Source: the human T2T-CHM13v2.0 reference genome, Homo sapiens. Taken from it: 64,000 bases of DNA. Location: NCBI RefSeq assembly GCF_009914755.1, contig NC_060928.1, one strand, 5' to 3'. The notes under the pieces are model-generated. The model worked only from the letters and a program-made list of their open reading frames with translations, did no database searches and was not told the DNA's origin. Shown here one piece after another: positions 1-10,715 of the stretch. The first letter of the stretch is position 1. The number at the start of each line of letters is the position of its first letter. The position numbers were made by a program, and so were the translations under genes.

Positions 1-241
1 TGGTGTGATCACAGCTCACTGCAGGCTTGACCTCCAGGGTTCAAGCAGTCTTCCCACCTCAACCTCTTATGTAGCCGGAACTACAGGCATATGCCATCAT
101 GCTCAGTGATTTCTTTTTAGAGAGAGAGAGATAGGGTCTCACTATATTGCCCAGATTAGTCTCAAACTCCTGGACTCAAGCAATCCTCCTGCCTTGGCTT
201 CCCAAAGTGCTGGGATTACAGGTCTGAGCCACATGACCCAG
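1..241 (-). mobile_element. AluJ-type SINE, cut by window edge
   Basis: Antisense Alu motifs (ctcactgcag..., cccaaagtgctgggattacagg), high divergence. Confidence 0.9.
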
Positions 242-1039
242 ATAATTTTTAAAATTATTTGTATTATCATCAATATATATCATTTTTAAAAGACGAAGAC
301 CTTCTTCATTCCTTTTAACTGGGCCACTACAATTTAGCAATTAAGAAAACCCCCTAGAATACAAGTATGTTGATTTACATATCTACTCAGGCTGGTAAAT
401 TTTAAAACTGCCAGTATCAAGACTACCCAATCATATAATTTTTTAATTTTTCTCACAGTAGTGTTGTCACTAAAGTGACATTTTCCTTAAGCTAAGATTC
501 ATAATGCAAAAGTTATAGAAAACTCTTCGCTGTATTGTGTAATACCAACTATATGGTGCCATATAGTTAGGAACAAAGACAAATTAAAATAAACATAATT
601 TGTGATTTTTAAAAAAATGTCTACAGCTCCTAATCTTTGCTGCTAATATCAGGGTACTGCCAAGAAACTGACTCAGACATGGCGAATTTAAGCTTTAGTA
701 AAGAAATCTAACCCCAAGTCAGCAAATGGAAAAACATTCATCTGTCTTAGGAATATCCCATTCCATATAAAGAAAAGAGTCACACTCTTAAAATATTCAG
801 CACATTTAAAATTATTTTTAAATATATGACTAATGCAAATAATTGCTTACTATAAGATGGAAATGAACTATAAAATCAGTAGCTTTTTACCAAATGATCT
901 ATGCAAATTTTAGAGAACTTTTAGATAAAACTAGCAGTGGAGAAAAAAATGAGAACATAAAAATCCATTAAGAAAATAATTAAACTAGGGAAAGATAAAA
1001 ACAATTATAGAATATATCTTATTTCTGATTAAAGCAGAA

Positions 1040-2125
1040 CTATTATGAAATTAGATCATTATAATTTGGCAACCATCATAGTAATAATGGATTCCAAAAG
1101 AATCATCAGCATATGCTAAAACTAACTGGATGAAAGTCAGATGAGTAATAGAATATTTATGTACTTTCGTTTCAAATGATCTCTCAGAATGCACTCATTA
1201 ATTACAAAAGAAACAATACAACTTTACATGGGGACAAAGAAGGACACCAAATTAATGAAGTGATCAAAGTTAATATCACTGGCAATTGGACAATCCGACA
1301 TTATGCACCTCCTGATGGGAAGCATGGGAAACACAACATGTTTCTGCAACGTTCCTGCCAAAAATCCGTGAGTTGAATCTAGTCATGTTGAAGTGCCTCA
1401 GAAAGCATGTTTAAGGACGTTCTCTGAACTAGCTTGCCTACTGTATATTCTTCAAAAGTATAAAGACTATGAAAACAAACCAACAAAAAACCCTGGGGAA
1501 TGTTGCATACTCTAGCAAACCAAAAAGACGTGCAACTGAGAACCACTTATGATCCAACAATTTCTTTTCCTACAAAGGACATTATTGGGACAATTGGCAA
1601 AATGGGAATGTCTTTAGATGAGATAATAATATCAATGCTTTTTCCTGATTTTGATCATTCTACTTTATTTTACTTATTTATTCATTTTTTGGAAATAGGG
1701 GTCTCACTAATGTTGCCCAGCCTGTATTGGAACTCCTGGGCTCAAAGGATCTTCCTGCCTCAGCTTCCTGAGTAGCTGTGACTGCAGGCATATACCACTG
1801 CACCTGGCTTGATAATTATACTTTAGTTCTCTGACAAAATGTCTTTGATTTTAGAAAATATTCACTAAAATATTTAGGAGTAAAGGATCATCAAGTCTGC
1901 TACTTAATTTCAAAGACAAAAGAGTATGTAAAGGGAAAATTGTACTCTGTGTGTGTTATATGTATGTGTGTAATATTACATATATACCTACATAAAAGAG
2001 AGAAAGAGCAGTAAAGCAAAACAAAGGCAGCAAATGTTAACATTTAGGGAATCTAGAAGGTTTGTTTCATATTCTTACCATATTCCCATCAGTCTGAAAT
2101 TATGTCAAAGTAAAAGCTGAAAAAA
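1040..2125 (+). mobile_element. Ancient L1 3' UTR fragment (L1MC4-like), interrupted by FLAM
   Basis: ataatttggcaaccatcatagtaataa...gtgatcaaagttaatatcac...gttgaatctagtcatg resembles remembered L1MC 3' UTR. Confidence 0.6.
1667..1808 (-). mobile_element. FLAM (Alu monomer)
   Basis: Single Alu arm; degenerate TSD ttgatcattctacttt (1651-1666) / ttgataattatacttt (1809-1824). Confidence 0.85.
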
Positions 2126-2961
2126 GAATGAAGCATGATTTTTTGTCATTTTCAAATACTATCCGTTGTTATGATCTTGCCAAATATATTTTCAGTCAAA
2201 AATCCAAAATTTTATAGGTCATTTCCATTTAATCAAAGATATTAACAAGAAAATAGTTATTTTTGCGCAATGTTGGAAGCCTGTGATATGTATTACTCTA
2301 AATTCTGTTTGCATGTCCTCATGTCTAAGCACCTGGTAGTTTTTGAAATGGGTAAGTGGCAAATAGCTGCAATACAGAAGGATAGTATTATTAACCTATC
2401 TGAGGTAACCATGTTTTGAATAGCAAAATATATGTGCTTGTAATTTTTTAGGCTACTAAAAAGCTGTAATATTGACTTAATGTCAGTGGATAAATGAGAG
2501 AAGAATATCTTACTGCCCTGAAATTATGGGGCACCTTGATTTAGAGAAGAAAAATAAAAACAACAGCAAAAACTCTGTTTCATGAACACAGCTGCATTCA
2601 GAGCCCTAACAGTATAAAAAAGATGAATATTCATCTTGCTCTTAATGAACTTTCCAATTGATTGAGGTAAAATGTATGCCTGAAACATATCAAGTACAAA
2701 TATGTATATAAACTTTTTTTAATTATGAAAAAAGAAATATTGCTTCATTTACATATCTTTATTGATACAGGAGATTTTTCTTTTTAAACTGATATTCAAG
2801 GTAATTGATACTTGGTTCATCAAAATAAGTTTTAGCAATTGCTTCTTAAAATATCTCCAAAGGCATTATTTGACTTAATACCAGATGTAGGGCCATTCAT
2901 GAATATTATTTCTTGTTCTCTTCAGGAACAGAGGAGGTTTAGTTCCTAGGATTTTTCTTAC

Positions 2962-3056
2962 CTATGATGTTCAATTTATTGATTCTTTCAGCCTTCCCTT
3001 TTTCTGAGTACTTCAAATGAGCCAGAATTTGGTAATTCAAATGATCGTTAGAATTG
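2962..3056 (-). other. Candidate 95-nt exon of a minus-strand transcript
   Basis: Minus strand: tactaattcttcattgtcag|CAA...ATAG|gtaaga; one frame open (NSNDHLNYQILAHLKYSEKGKAERINKLNII). Confidence 0.25.
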
Positions 3057-3870
3057 CTGACAATGAAGAATTAGTATGCTCTGAAGTTGGTCTGTAGTCC
3101 TTTGATTCAAAATAAAATTGTGCTAGTTCTAGTGCTTATAACTTCAGATGACACAGAATCATTTATAGTATTATTTTCTGATTCTTGGCTACAGTCTTAG
3201 CTGTAGATACAGTTTATGTTACTGTGATTAGCGCAGCATAAAGAAATGATAAAGTATTGATGGACTGAAAAGCAGTTTTCTATGTGACTTTAAAACTAAG
3301 TAATCAACATAATTGGTGATGAGTAGTATAGAGAATATTCTATTAACTTTCATTCAAATGGCAAAAAATATATCTGTAGATTATGAGGTAAGAAAAACAT
3401 CTAGCTAATTTTATGATGGTGTTTTGATTTTTAATAATTGAAAGATAAAAAAATACACATCGATTCCCTATTCTTTTTAAAGAAATCAGTGACAGGTAGT
3501 AAAATGATAAAGTCTGTATTTCTCATAACATAACTAATACTATATTCAATTAATAAATGAAACCAATCTAAGAATCTTATAGTGTCCTGAAGTTGTTGGG
3601 GAATCATTTTTATCCCATGCTGGTCTTTGTTTATCTGGCAATTGTAAGGTAGTGGACAAAAATGGGATATAGAAACATCAGAGAAGAATGAGAATGACTA
3701 AGTTAGTGTTCTGAATGTTTAGAGTGGAGGTTTTATTTAGAAAGTGCAGTGAGGCACATACAGAATGGATTCATTTTTAATTAAAGCTCTGACATCATGA
3801 ATTATACCAATCATATGTGATATTTTAATGTAACAGGACCACTTGTATGCAACAACAACAACAAAAACAA

Positions 3871-4187
3871 GGCTGGGCACAGTGACTCATGCCTGTAACC
3901 CCAGCACTTTGGGAGGCCAAGCCGGGGGGATTACTTGAGCCCAGGATATTGACACCAGCCTGGGCAACATAGGATAACCCCGTAACTACAAAATGAAAAT
4001 AAAAATAAAAAGTTAGCTGGGCTTGGTGGTGCACACCTATGGTCCCAGCTACTTGGGGAGGCTGAGGTGGGAGGATCGCTTGGGCTTAAGAGGTCGAGGC
4101 TGCAGTGAGCATTGCTTGCACCACTGCACTGCGGTCTGGGCAACAGAGCAAGAACCTGTCTCACAAAAACAAACAAACAAACAAAAA
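3871..4187 (+). mobile_element. AluJ with (AAAC)n tail
   Basis: Full dimer ggctgggcacagtg...cctgtctc plus A-rich tail. Confidence 0.93.
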
Positions 4188-4432
4188 CGGCAATAAAAAA
4201 AACAAACCGCCGTTAACACATACTAAGTGCTTACCATGGGATGTATGACTTTACAATGGATTAAGTTCTCATCTATTTATGAAGTGTAATTATGAAGCAA
4301 GAGGTAGCTTGGTCACATTAACATTGCTAATAAGTCCTTAAGCAACTTCTACTACAGAAGTGCTTCTCTAATTTGTCCAAACCAGCACAGCACTTGGTAT
4401 TCTGAGTAGTTTCTAATCTTCCTGCCGCTCAC

Positions 4433-4470
4433 CTTATATCCTTTTTTCCTGTTTTTGTCATCCAGTCAAC
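4433..4470 (-). other. Candidate 38-nt exon of a minus-strand transcript
   Basis: Minus strand: aatcttcag|GTTGAC...ATAAG|gtgagc; open frame VDWMTKTGKKDI; weak pyrimidine tract. Confidence 0.2.
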
Positions 4471-4834
4471 CTGAAGATTAATGCAGCTTCTGTAGCCCTG
4501 ATCTCCTGATTCCCTGTTCAACCCAATTTATATGCAGCCTGAGGCTACTCTGGAGAGATACTTTAACACCTCCTCCCTCGTGCCTGGGGCCTTATACAAT
4601 CATCACAACCAGCATTGCTGCTCGCTTGCCCAGGCCTGTGAATGACACATGTTATTACTACTCTATTTCTACTTCATGAAATTAGGTAACTGGGTCATTT
4701 ACTTGTGAAAGGACTGTCTGTAGCGTGATTTCTTTTAACTAAAACTTTCTTTGCGAGGACTCAAGTATTGTATTTGGCTGCTCTTTGTCTTTCAGAGATT
4801 GGATATTATGGGTATTATGTTAATTTAAAAAGGA

Positions 4835-5502
4835 CATTCATTCATTTAATAAATATGTCTTGTGCATCAATAAGTACATAGTAGAAATCCAGTCCTAAAT
4901 GCTGTGGATATAACAGTAAACAATATAAACAAAGTCCCTGCCTTTATATTCTAGTAGGAATAGTGAGAAATAGACAGATGAGATAGGTAGATAGATACAA
5001 GATAGATAAATGAAAGAGAAATAGGAGAGAAATGGATGATGATAGAAAACAGATTAGATGGATGGATAGAGAGATACTAGATTGGATGGATGGATGGATG
5101 GATGGATGGATGGATGGATGGATGCATGGATGGATGGATGGATGAATAGATAGATGATAGATAGATGGATAGATAGATAGATAATAGAAAAGAAAGGAAG
5201 AAAAAGAAAATAGATTAGGTGGATGGATAGATACAGATTAGATTAGATAGAAGGATAGTTAGCTAATAGATTAGATGGATGGGTGGGTGGATAGATAGAT
5301 ACAAAGATAATAGATTACATGAATGGATAGATAATAGATTAGATATATTGACAGATGAATAATATAGATTGGATAGATGGACAGTTAGGTAACAGATTAG
5401 ATGGATGGATAGATGGGTGGGTGGATAGACACATAGATAATAGATGAGATGGATAGATAAATAACAGATTAGATGAATGGGTGGAGGAATGGATAGTTAG
5501 AT

Positions 5503-5538
<36 letters not shown>

Positions 5539-5716
5539 TGATATGATAGGAAGATAGATAAACAGATATATATCAAGTATTGTTGACTGCTGCAAAAGAG
5601 AACTAAAACAGGATAAGAATAATAGAAAGTAGCAGGGAAAGAGTTGCTATTCCATATAGTGTGGTCAGGAACATCTCCTTGATAAGACAACATTTCATCA
5701 GAGACCTGAAGGAAGC
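4835..5716 (-). mobile_element. L2 3' fragment split by a large simple repeat
   Basis: cattcattcatttaataaata (reverse of L2 tail) and later gtggtcagg...cagagacctgaagg. Confidence 0.6.
4968..5570. repeat. ~600-bp compound (TAGA)n/(TGGA)n simple repeat
   Basis: Directly visible; purest tracts ~5083-5145 (TGGA) and ~5503-5537 (TAGA). Confidence 0.97.
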
Positions 5717-5731
5717 AAAAGAAAAACACAT

Positions 5732-6754
5732 GAGCTTCCACACAGCAAAAATACTATCATCAGAGTAAACAGGCAACCTACAGAATGGGAGAAAATTTTT
5801 GCAATCTATCCATCTGACAAAGGGCTAATATCCAGAATCTACAAGTAACTTAAACAAATTTACAAGAAAAAAAAACCCATTAAAAAGTGGGTGAAGGATA
5901 TGAACAGACACTTCTCAAAAGAAGACATTTATGCAGCCAACAAACATATAAAAAAAAAGCTCATCATCACTGGTCATTAGGGAAATGCAAATCAAAACCA
6001 CAATGAGATACCATCTCACGCCAGTTAGAATGGCAATTATTAAAAAGTCAGGAAACAACAGATGCTAGCGAGGCTGTAGAGAAATAGGAACACTTTCACA
6101 CTGTTGGTGGGAGTGGGAGTGTAAATTGGTTAAACCATTGTGGAAGACAGTGTGGCGATTCCTCAAGGATCTAGAACCAGAAATACCATTTGACCCAGCA
6201 AACCCATTTCTGAGTATATACCCAAAGGATTATAAATCATTCTACTATAAAGACACATGTACATGTATGTTTATTGCAACACTATTTACAGCAGCAAAGA
6301 CTTGGACCAGCCTAAATGCTCATCAGTGATAGACTGGATAAAGAAAATGTGGTACATGTACACCATGGAATACTATGCAGCCATAAAAAAGAATGAGATC
6401 ATGTCCTTTGCAGAAACATGGGTGAAGCTAGAAGCCATCCTTCTCAGCAAACTAACACAAGAACAGAAAACCAACACTGCACGTTCTCACTCATAAGTGG
6501 GAGTTGAACAATGAGAACACATAGACACAGGGAGGGGAACATCACACACGGGGGCCTGTCGTGGGTTGCGGGGGTAAGGGAAGGGAGAGCATTAGGACAA
6601 ATATCTAATGCATGCATGTATGTGGGGCTTAAAACCTAGATGATGGGTTGATAGGTGCAGCAAACCACCACGGCACATGTATACCTTGGTAACAAACCCG
6701 CACGTTCTGCACATGTATCCCAGAACTTAAAGTAAAATTTAAAAAATGAAAAAG
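5732..6754 (+). mobile_element. 5'-truncated primate L1PA (ORF2 C-terminus + 3' UTR)
   Basis: ORF track [22 protein letters not shown] / [11 protein letters not shown]; 14-bp TSD aaaagaaaaacaca at 5717-5730 and 6755-6768. Confidence 0.95.
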
Positions 6755-6896
6755 AAAAGAAAAACACACATAGAAATCTGGGAGAAAGGTAAGTTAGGGG
6801 CAAGGGCACACCAAATAAGACCAGTGCTTAGAGACTAAATTTTAAATTACCTATCTTGTTATGGATTTCATGTAAAGAAGATATTCTCTAGTAATA

Positions 6897-7545
6897 ACTA
6901 AGAAAATGTGGGTGCCTATAGCAGCAGTGGATAACATTTTTCCCACGATATGAATACCCGGTAGGCCCCACAGCATGAGAAGATACATCTACAGCGTTGC
7001 AGAGAGCCTCCTCCACATGTTTAATGCCAAAGAGAAACTTTAAGTGAAGCATATTTCATTTCTTATAGAAAATGAAGATTTAAAACCCTAAAGAAAATTC
7101 TGATTCACTTGAAGAATCTGCTCTCAAATAATTGTAGTTGAAATCACATTCCCACCAGAGGTCAGCCTAACCACAGGAATGAATTGTTAATTGGCAAAGC
7201 AAACTGGTGTTGATTTTTTACAAAATATAATGCTAATGAAATTGTGGCTTAAATCTCTTTATTTCTTTATGTTGTTTTGTAGTAACTAGCTACTTGGGTG
7301 ACAAACCATCATGGTTTGAGCAGATCCTTTAAGTGAATCCGATTTTTCTTCAGGTAAATTTTCCTTTTCTATTTGTAATGAAATATGCTTCACTTAAAGT
7401 TTCTCCTTTGGCATTAAACATGTGGAGGAGGCTCTCTGTAACTATGTTGTAAATGTACCTTACCACGCTGTGAGGCCATGTTATGTGCTCACATAGTGGA
7501 GAAAATTTTACCCACTGTTGCTATTGGCACCCACATTTTCTTAGT
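6897..7545. repeat. Long inverted repeat, arms 6897-7128 and 7315-7545
   Basis: Arms are reverse complements; core 7000-7060 vs 7377-7438 differs by one indel. Confidence 0.95.
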
Positions 7546-7638
7546 GGGGCTGAGGGATTTCCAAGGAGCAGGGAGGTGGGCCTTTCAGTACTGGAACCAG
7601 GAAAGTCCTGAGCTAATCAGGAGCAGCTGTTGACTCTA
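7294..7638 (-). mobile_element. MER81 hAT MITE split into 7294-7318 and 7545-7638
   Basis: ttgggtgacaaaccatcatggtttg + ggggctgagggatttcc...tttcagtactggaaccaggaaagtcc...tgactcta rejoin to the remembered MER81 consensus. Confidence 0.75.
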
Positions 7639-8054
7639 TTGGAGTGACTTAAGCGTTTGCGTTTAGTCAGATTTTTGTTTTTTAATTTAGACAACCGGGC
7701 AACACAGAGTTCCGATTCAGAAGGTATAGGAAACTGAATTTTTAACAAGCTCCTTGACAATTTGGGTACAAATAGCCCTTGTTTCAAAAACACTGGTTAC
7801 AAGATTTCCTATTTAAATTATCTGAAAGGGGGGATATGTTATATTAGCCTAAGAAGAGAAACACACATATTAAATACTAACTAAACAGAACAATATATTA
7901 CTATAACCTTATTTTATCTTTTCCCAAAAAAATTGCTTTTACTTCATAATGAAGAAATTATTTATCCCCTATTAAACTGAGTTATTTATAAAAATACATA
8001 TTTTATCCACCCTTTAGAAATAAAACTCAGTTATATAAAGTGTATATTAAATTA

Positions 8055-8290
8055 TAATCATAATAATGATTATTGATTGCCTACCATACACTAGCTGTGT
8101 CCTAGCACATTTATATCCTTTCCTAATTTAATCCTTAAAATAACTCCGTAAAATAGGTACCATTTTTCACACTTCACAAATTAGGATACTGTAGCTCAAA
8201 GAAGTTAAGTAAATTTCTTGCACCACAAGCCTAGAAAGTGACAACCTGGAGCCCAAACATATGTCTATGGCTTAAAATTCATTTTCTTTT
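8055..8290 (-). mobile_element. MIR SINE
   Basis: Degenerate MIR core (tttaatcctt...gctcaaagaagttaagtaa). Confidence 0.7.
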
Positions 8291-9614
8291 TTCTGAAACA
8301 ACCATGGCAACTCCAGACTTTACCCTTTTTACATTTTTCAGTGTGTCTCTCCCCAGGCATTTGTGGAGAAGTTACAGAGGCCATCCTCGTTACTTACAAA
8401 GTGAATCCTTGATATATTTTTCCCAGCAGAAATAACCAGATACAGATTCTCTACCTCTGAGCAAAAGCTTCAAGCCAAACTCTCAAACTCGCTCATTTAT
8501 TGTTCTCCATTGACTTAAGTCCAAGTGCTGTCACCTTTGAAATTTCAGATTTGAGTTATAAATTATCTCATTATTAGGCCTACAGAGAAAAAATTGGGTT
8601 TAAGACTGTGCTGAGTCAGATCTAAGTTAGTTTGGGGTGATAATGTGGACTATTATCCAGTTAGGATTGGCCCATGGATTGAAGGACTGCAGTCTCACCA
8701 AGAAGTGGGTCTAAACTAGGAAGGAAGTGCCAGTGGACTCCTCCTTGGAGTCTGTCTCTCATAGTTGACTACTCCATCCAAAATATCTCTTTCATTTTTC
8801 AGGTCACAATTCTCCTTGCATCCCACTTTATATTATACTTAGCTATAATACTCTCCAATTCTGATTTTAATCTACTTTCTATTTTCACTAGGTTGAGGCT
8901 CTACTCCACTCACTCTTGGACTAGAAAATTTACGTTAGTCCTGTCCAGTCACATTATGGCTCAGAGAGTCACCATATTTTACATTGTACATGAGTTTATT
9001 TCTCTATGAAATGGAAATCTGGAAACATAATATTTTATCTGTTTTAACCATGCAACTAACCTCTGTATTTACACTGAGAGTTCTTCAAACTCTCAGAGGA
9101 GAGCTAAGGACATAATACTCTGCATTCCCCACCACCACTGGACTTTCATTTGTAAGTCACAGGCACCTGGGAAGTGTAGGCCTGTTGTCTGTGTTTCCTC
9201 CTCTTGCAGGGGTATGGGTTTTTTTTGTAATTCTCTCTGTGGTTTTTCTTCCCACAAGCCCAGCTAGAGAGTGAGACAGAGCCTCTTCTGCCCCTCACTT
9301 TCTATGAAAATCAGCACACTAAGCTTTTGGTATTAAGGGATTTACTGCCAGTTGATTCTGTTCACAGAGCACCTAGTGTTTGAGACCTTCGATTTGAAGT
9401 GGGCACGGATTTGATGGATGCTTTTGGGAGCAGGCTGAAGAGTTGGGTTGAGACTGGTGATAGGACAAGTCTACACAGTAGACTAGTGGTGTGTAAAGTG
9501 AGACCCACGAATGGCTGGGTTTCCAGAGATCATTTACATAACATCACATTTTTTCACATAAAAATACTAAGGCATCATTTGCCTGTGTTTTTCTCTTATT
9601 CTTTCACTATAGTT

Positions 9615-9941
9615 TTCTAGAGGGCTCATGTGCGTGATATCACCACAGATTGAATGCAGAGCAGATAAGAGACTTCAGCAGTGATTTTCTATTAAGCCAT
9701 TCATTAGAGAGATTTCAAAAATGTTAAATAACATTGCTCTTCTCACTAATTTTTTTTATTTTGGCAAATACAGGTATTTTTCCTAGAAAACGTGTTATTT
9801 ATGTTAACTTGCAATGAGTTAATTAGTGTTGTTTTTATAGAGATTTAGTAAAATTTTTAAATTATTAGTTTTAATTTCTAATGCCATAAATTTCAATATT
9901 ACCCAAATAAACCCAAGCTCTTTGGGGTCCTCAATAATTTT
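9615..9941 (+). mobile_element. Charlie1 hAT transposon 3' region (left part)
   Basis: agattgaatgcag...tctattaagcca...aagctctttggggtcctcaataatttt resembles Charlie1 3' end. Confidence 0.75.
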
Positions 9942-9999
9942 TTAAATTGTAAATCATACCTTTTAATTATATCTGCTTTTTCATCTAATTGTTTGTTAT

Positions 10000-10190
10000 A
10001 ATATAATTCTCTTAATAATTGAATTATGTTTGCTTACATGTCTTCCCCCTCGATGGACCATAAATTTCCTGAAGAAATAGTCCATGTTGTTTCATCCATG
10101 TGTTTACTTCCCTAACAGAATCTCTATTACAATGCCTGAGGCACAGTTAACACCCAATAATAATTATTGAGTGAACAAATAAATGGGCAA
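10000..10190 (+). mobile_element. L2 3' end fragment inside the putative transduced segment
   Basis: caatgcctgaggcacag...caataataattattgagtgaacaaataaatg, L2-tail-like. Confidence 0.55.
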
Positions 10191-10550
10191 ATATCCCCCG
10201 CCTTAACTTCTTGCTCGAATGCTAAGCCATCTTCTATCAAGTGGATATTCTCCCTCTGAAGTTATCTGTGACTCAACATGTCCCCATCTTCTGCTCTATT
10301 CTCCAGCTTCCATAACGTGATTTAGTAACATCATCATGAATCAATCAATATCTCTGTCTCTCTATCATTCTGTCCTGCTCTTCTCTCCCCATGTTCTCAC
10401 TCCCACATGCAGATACACACATGTGTACACATGTCACACACATACATACAGATGCACTTATTCCTGGAACACTCTTATTTTCAGTTCAAGTCCCAGCCCA
10501 AAGTCACTTATCCATTACAACAGCATTATAATTGTACCAACATCCATTTT

Positions 10551-10656
10551 TATTAAATTGGTGCAAAAGTAATTGTGGTTTTTGCCATTATCTTTAATGG
10601 CAAAATTAATTAAAGATAATGGCAAAAACCACAATTACTTTTGCACCAACCTAATA
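10551..10656. mobile_element. MADE1 mariner MITE with internal rearrangement
   Basis: ttggtgcaaaagtaattgtggtttttgccatt TIRs, TA-flanked; perfect 41-bp stem. Confidence 0.93.
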
Positions 10657-10715
10657 GATTATTGCTCCTGTTGAATTGTGAATCATTTAATTGTAGAGTT
10701 CTTATTTTACTCTAT

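Noticed and set aside
7283-7353. Exon-like segment (ttttgtag|...cag|gtaaat)
   Set aside because: Stops in all three frames, and it straddles a MER81 end and the inverted insertion
8609-8619. ARE/MARE-like TGCTGAGTCAG
   Set aside because: Single imperfect motif without other support
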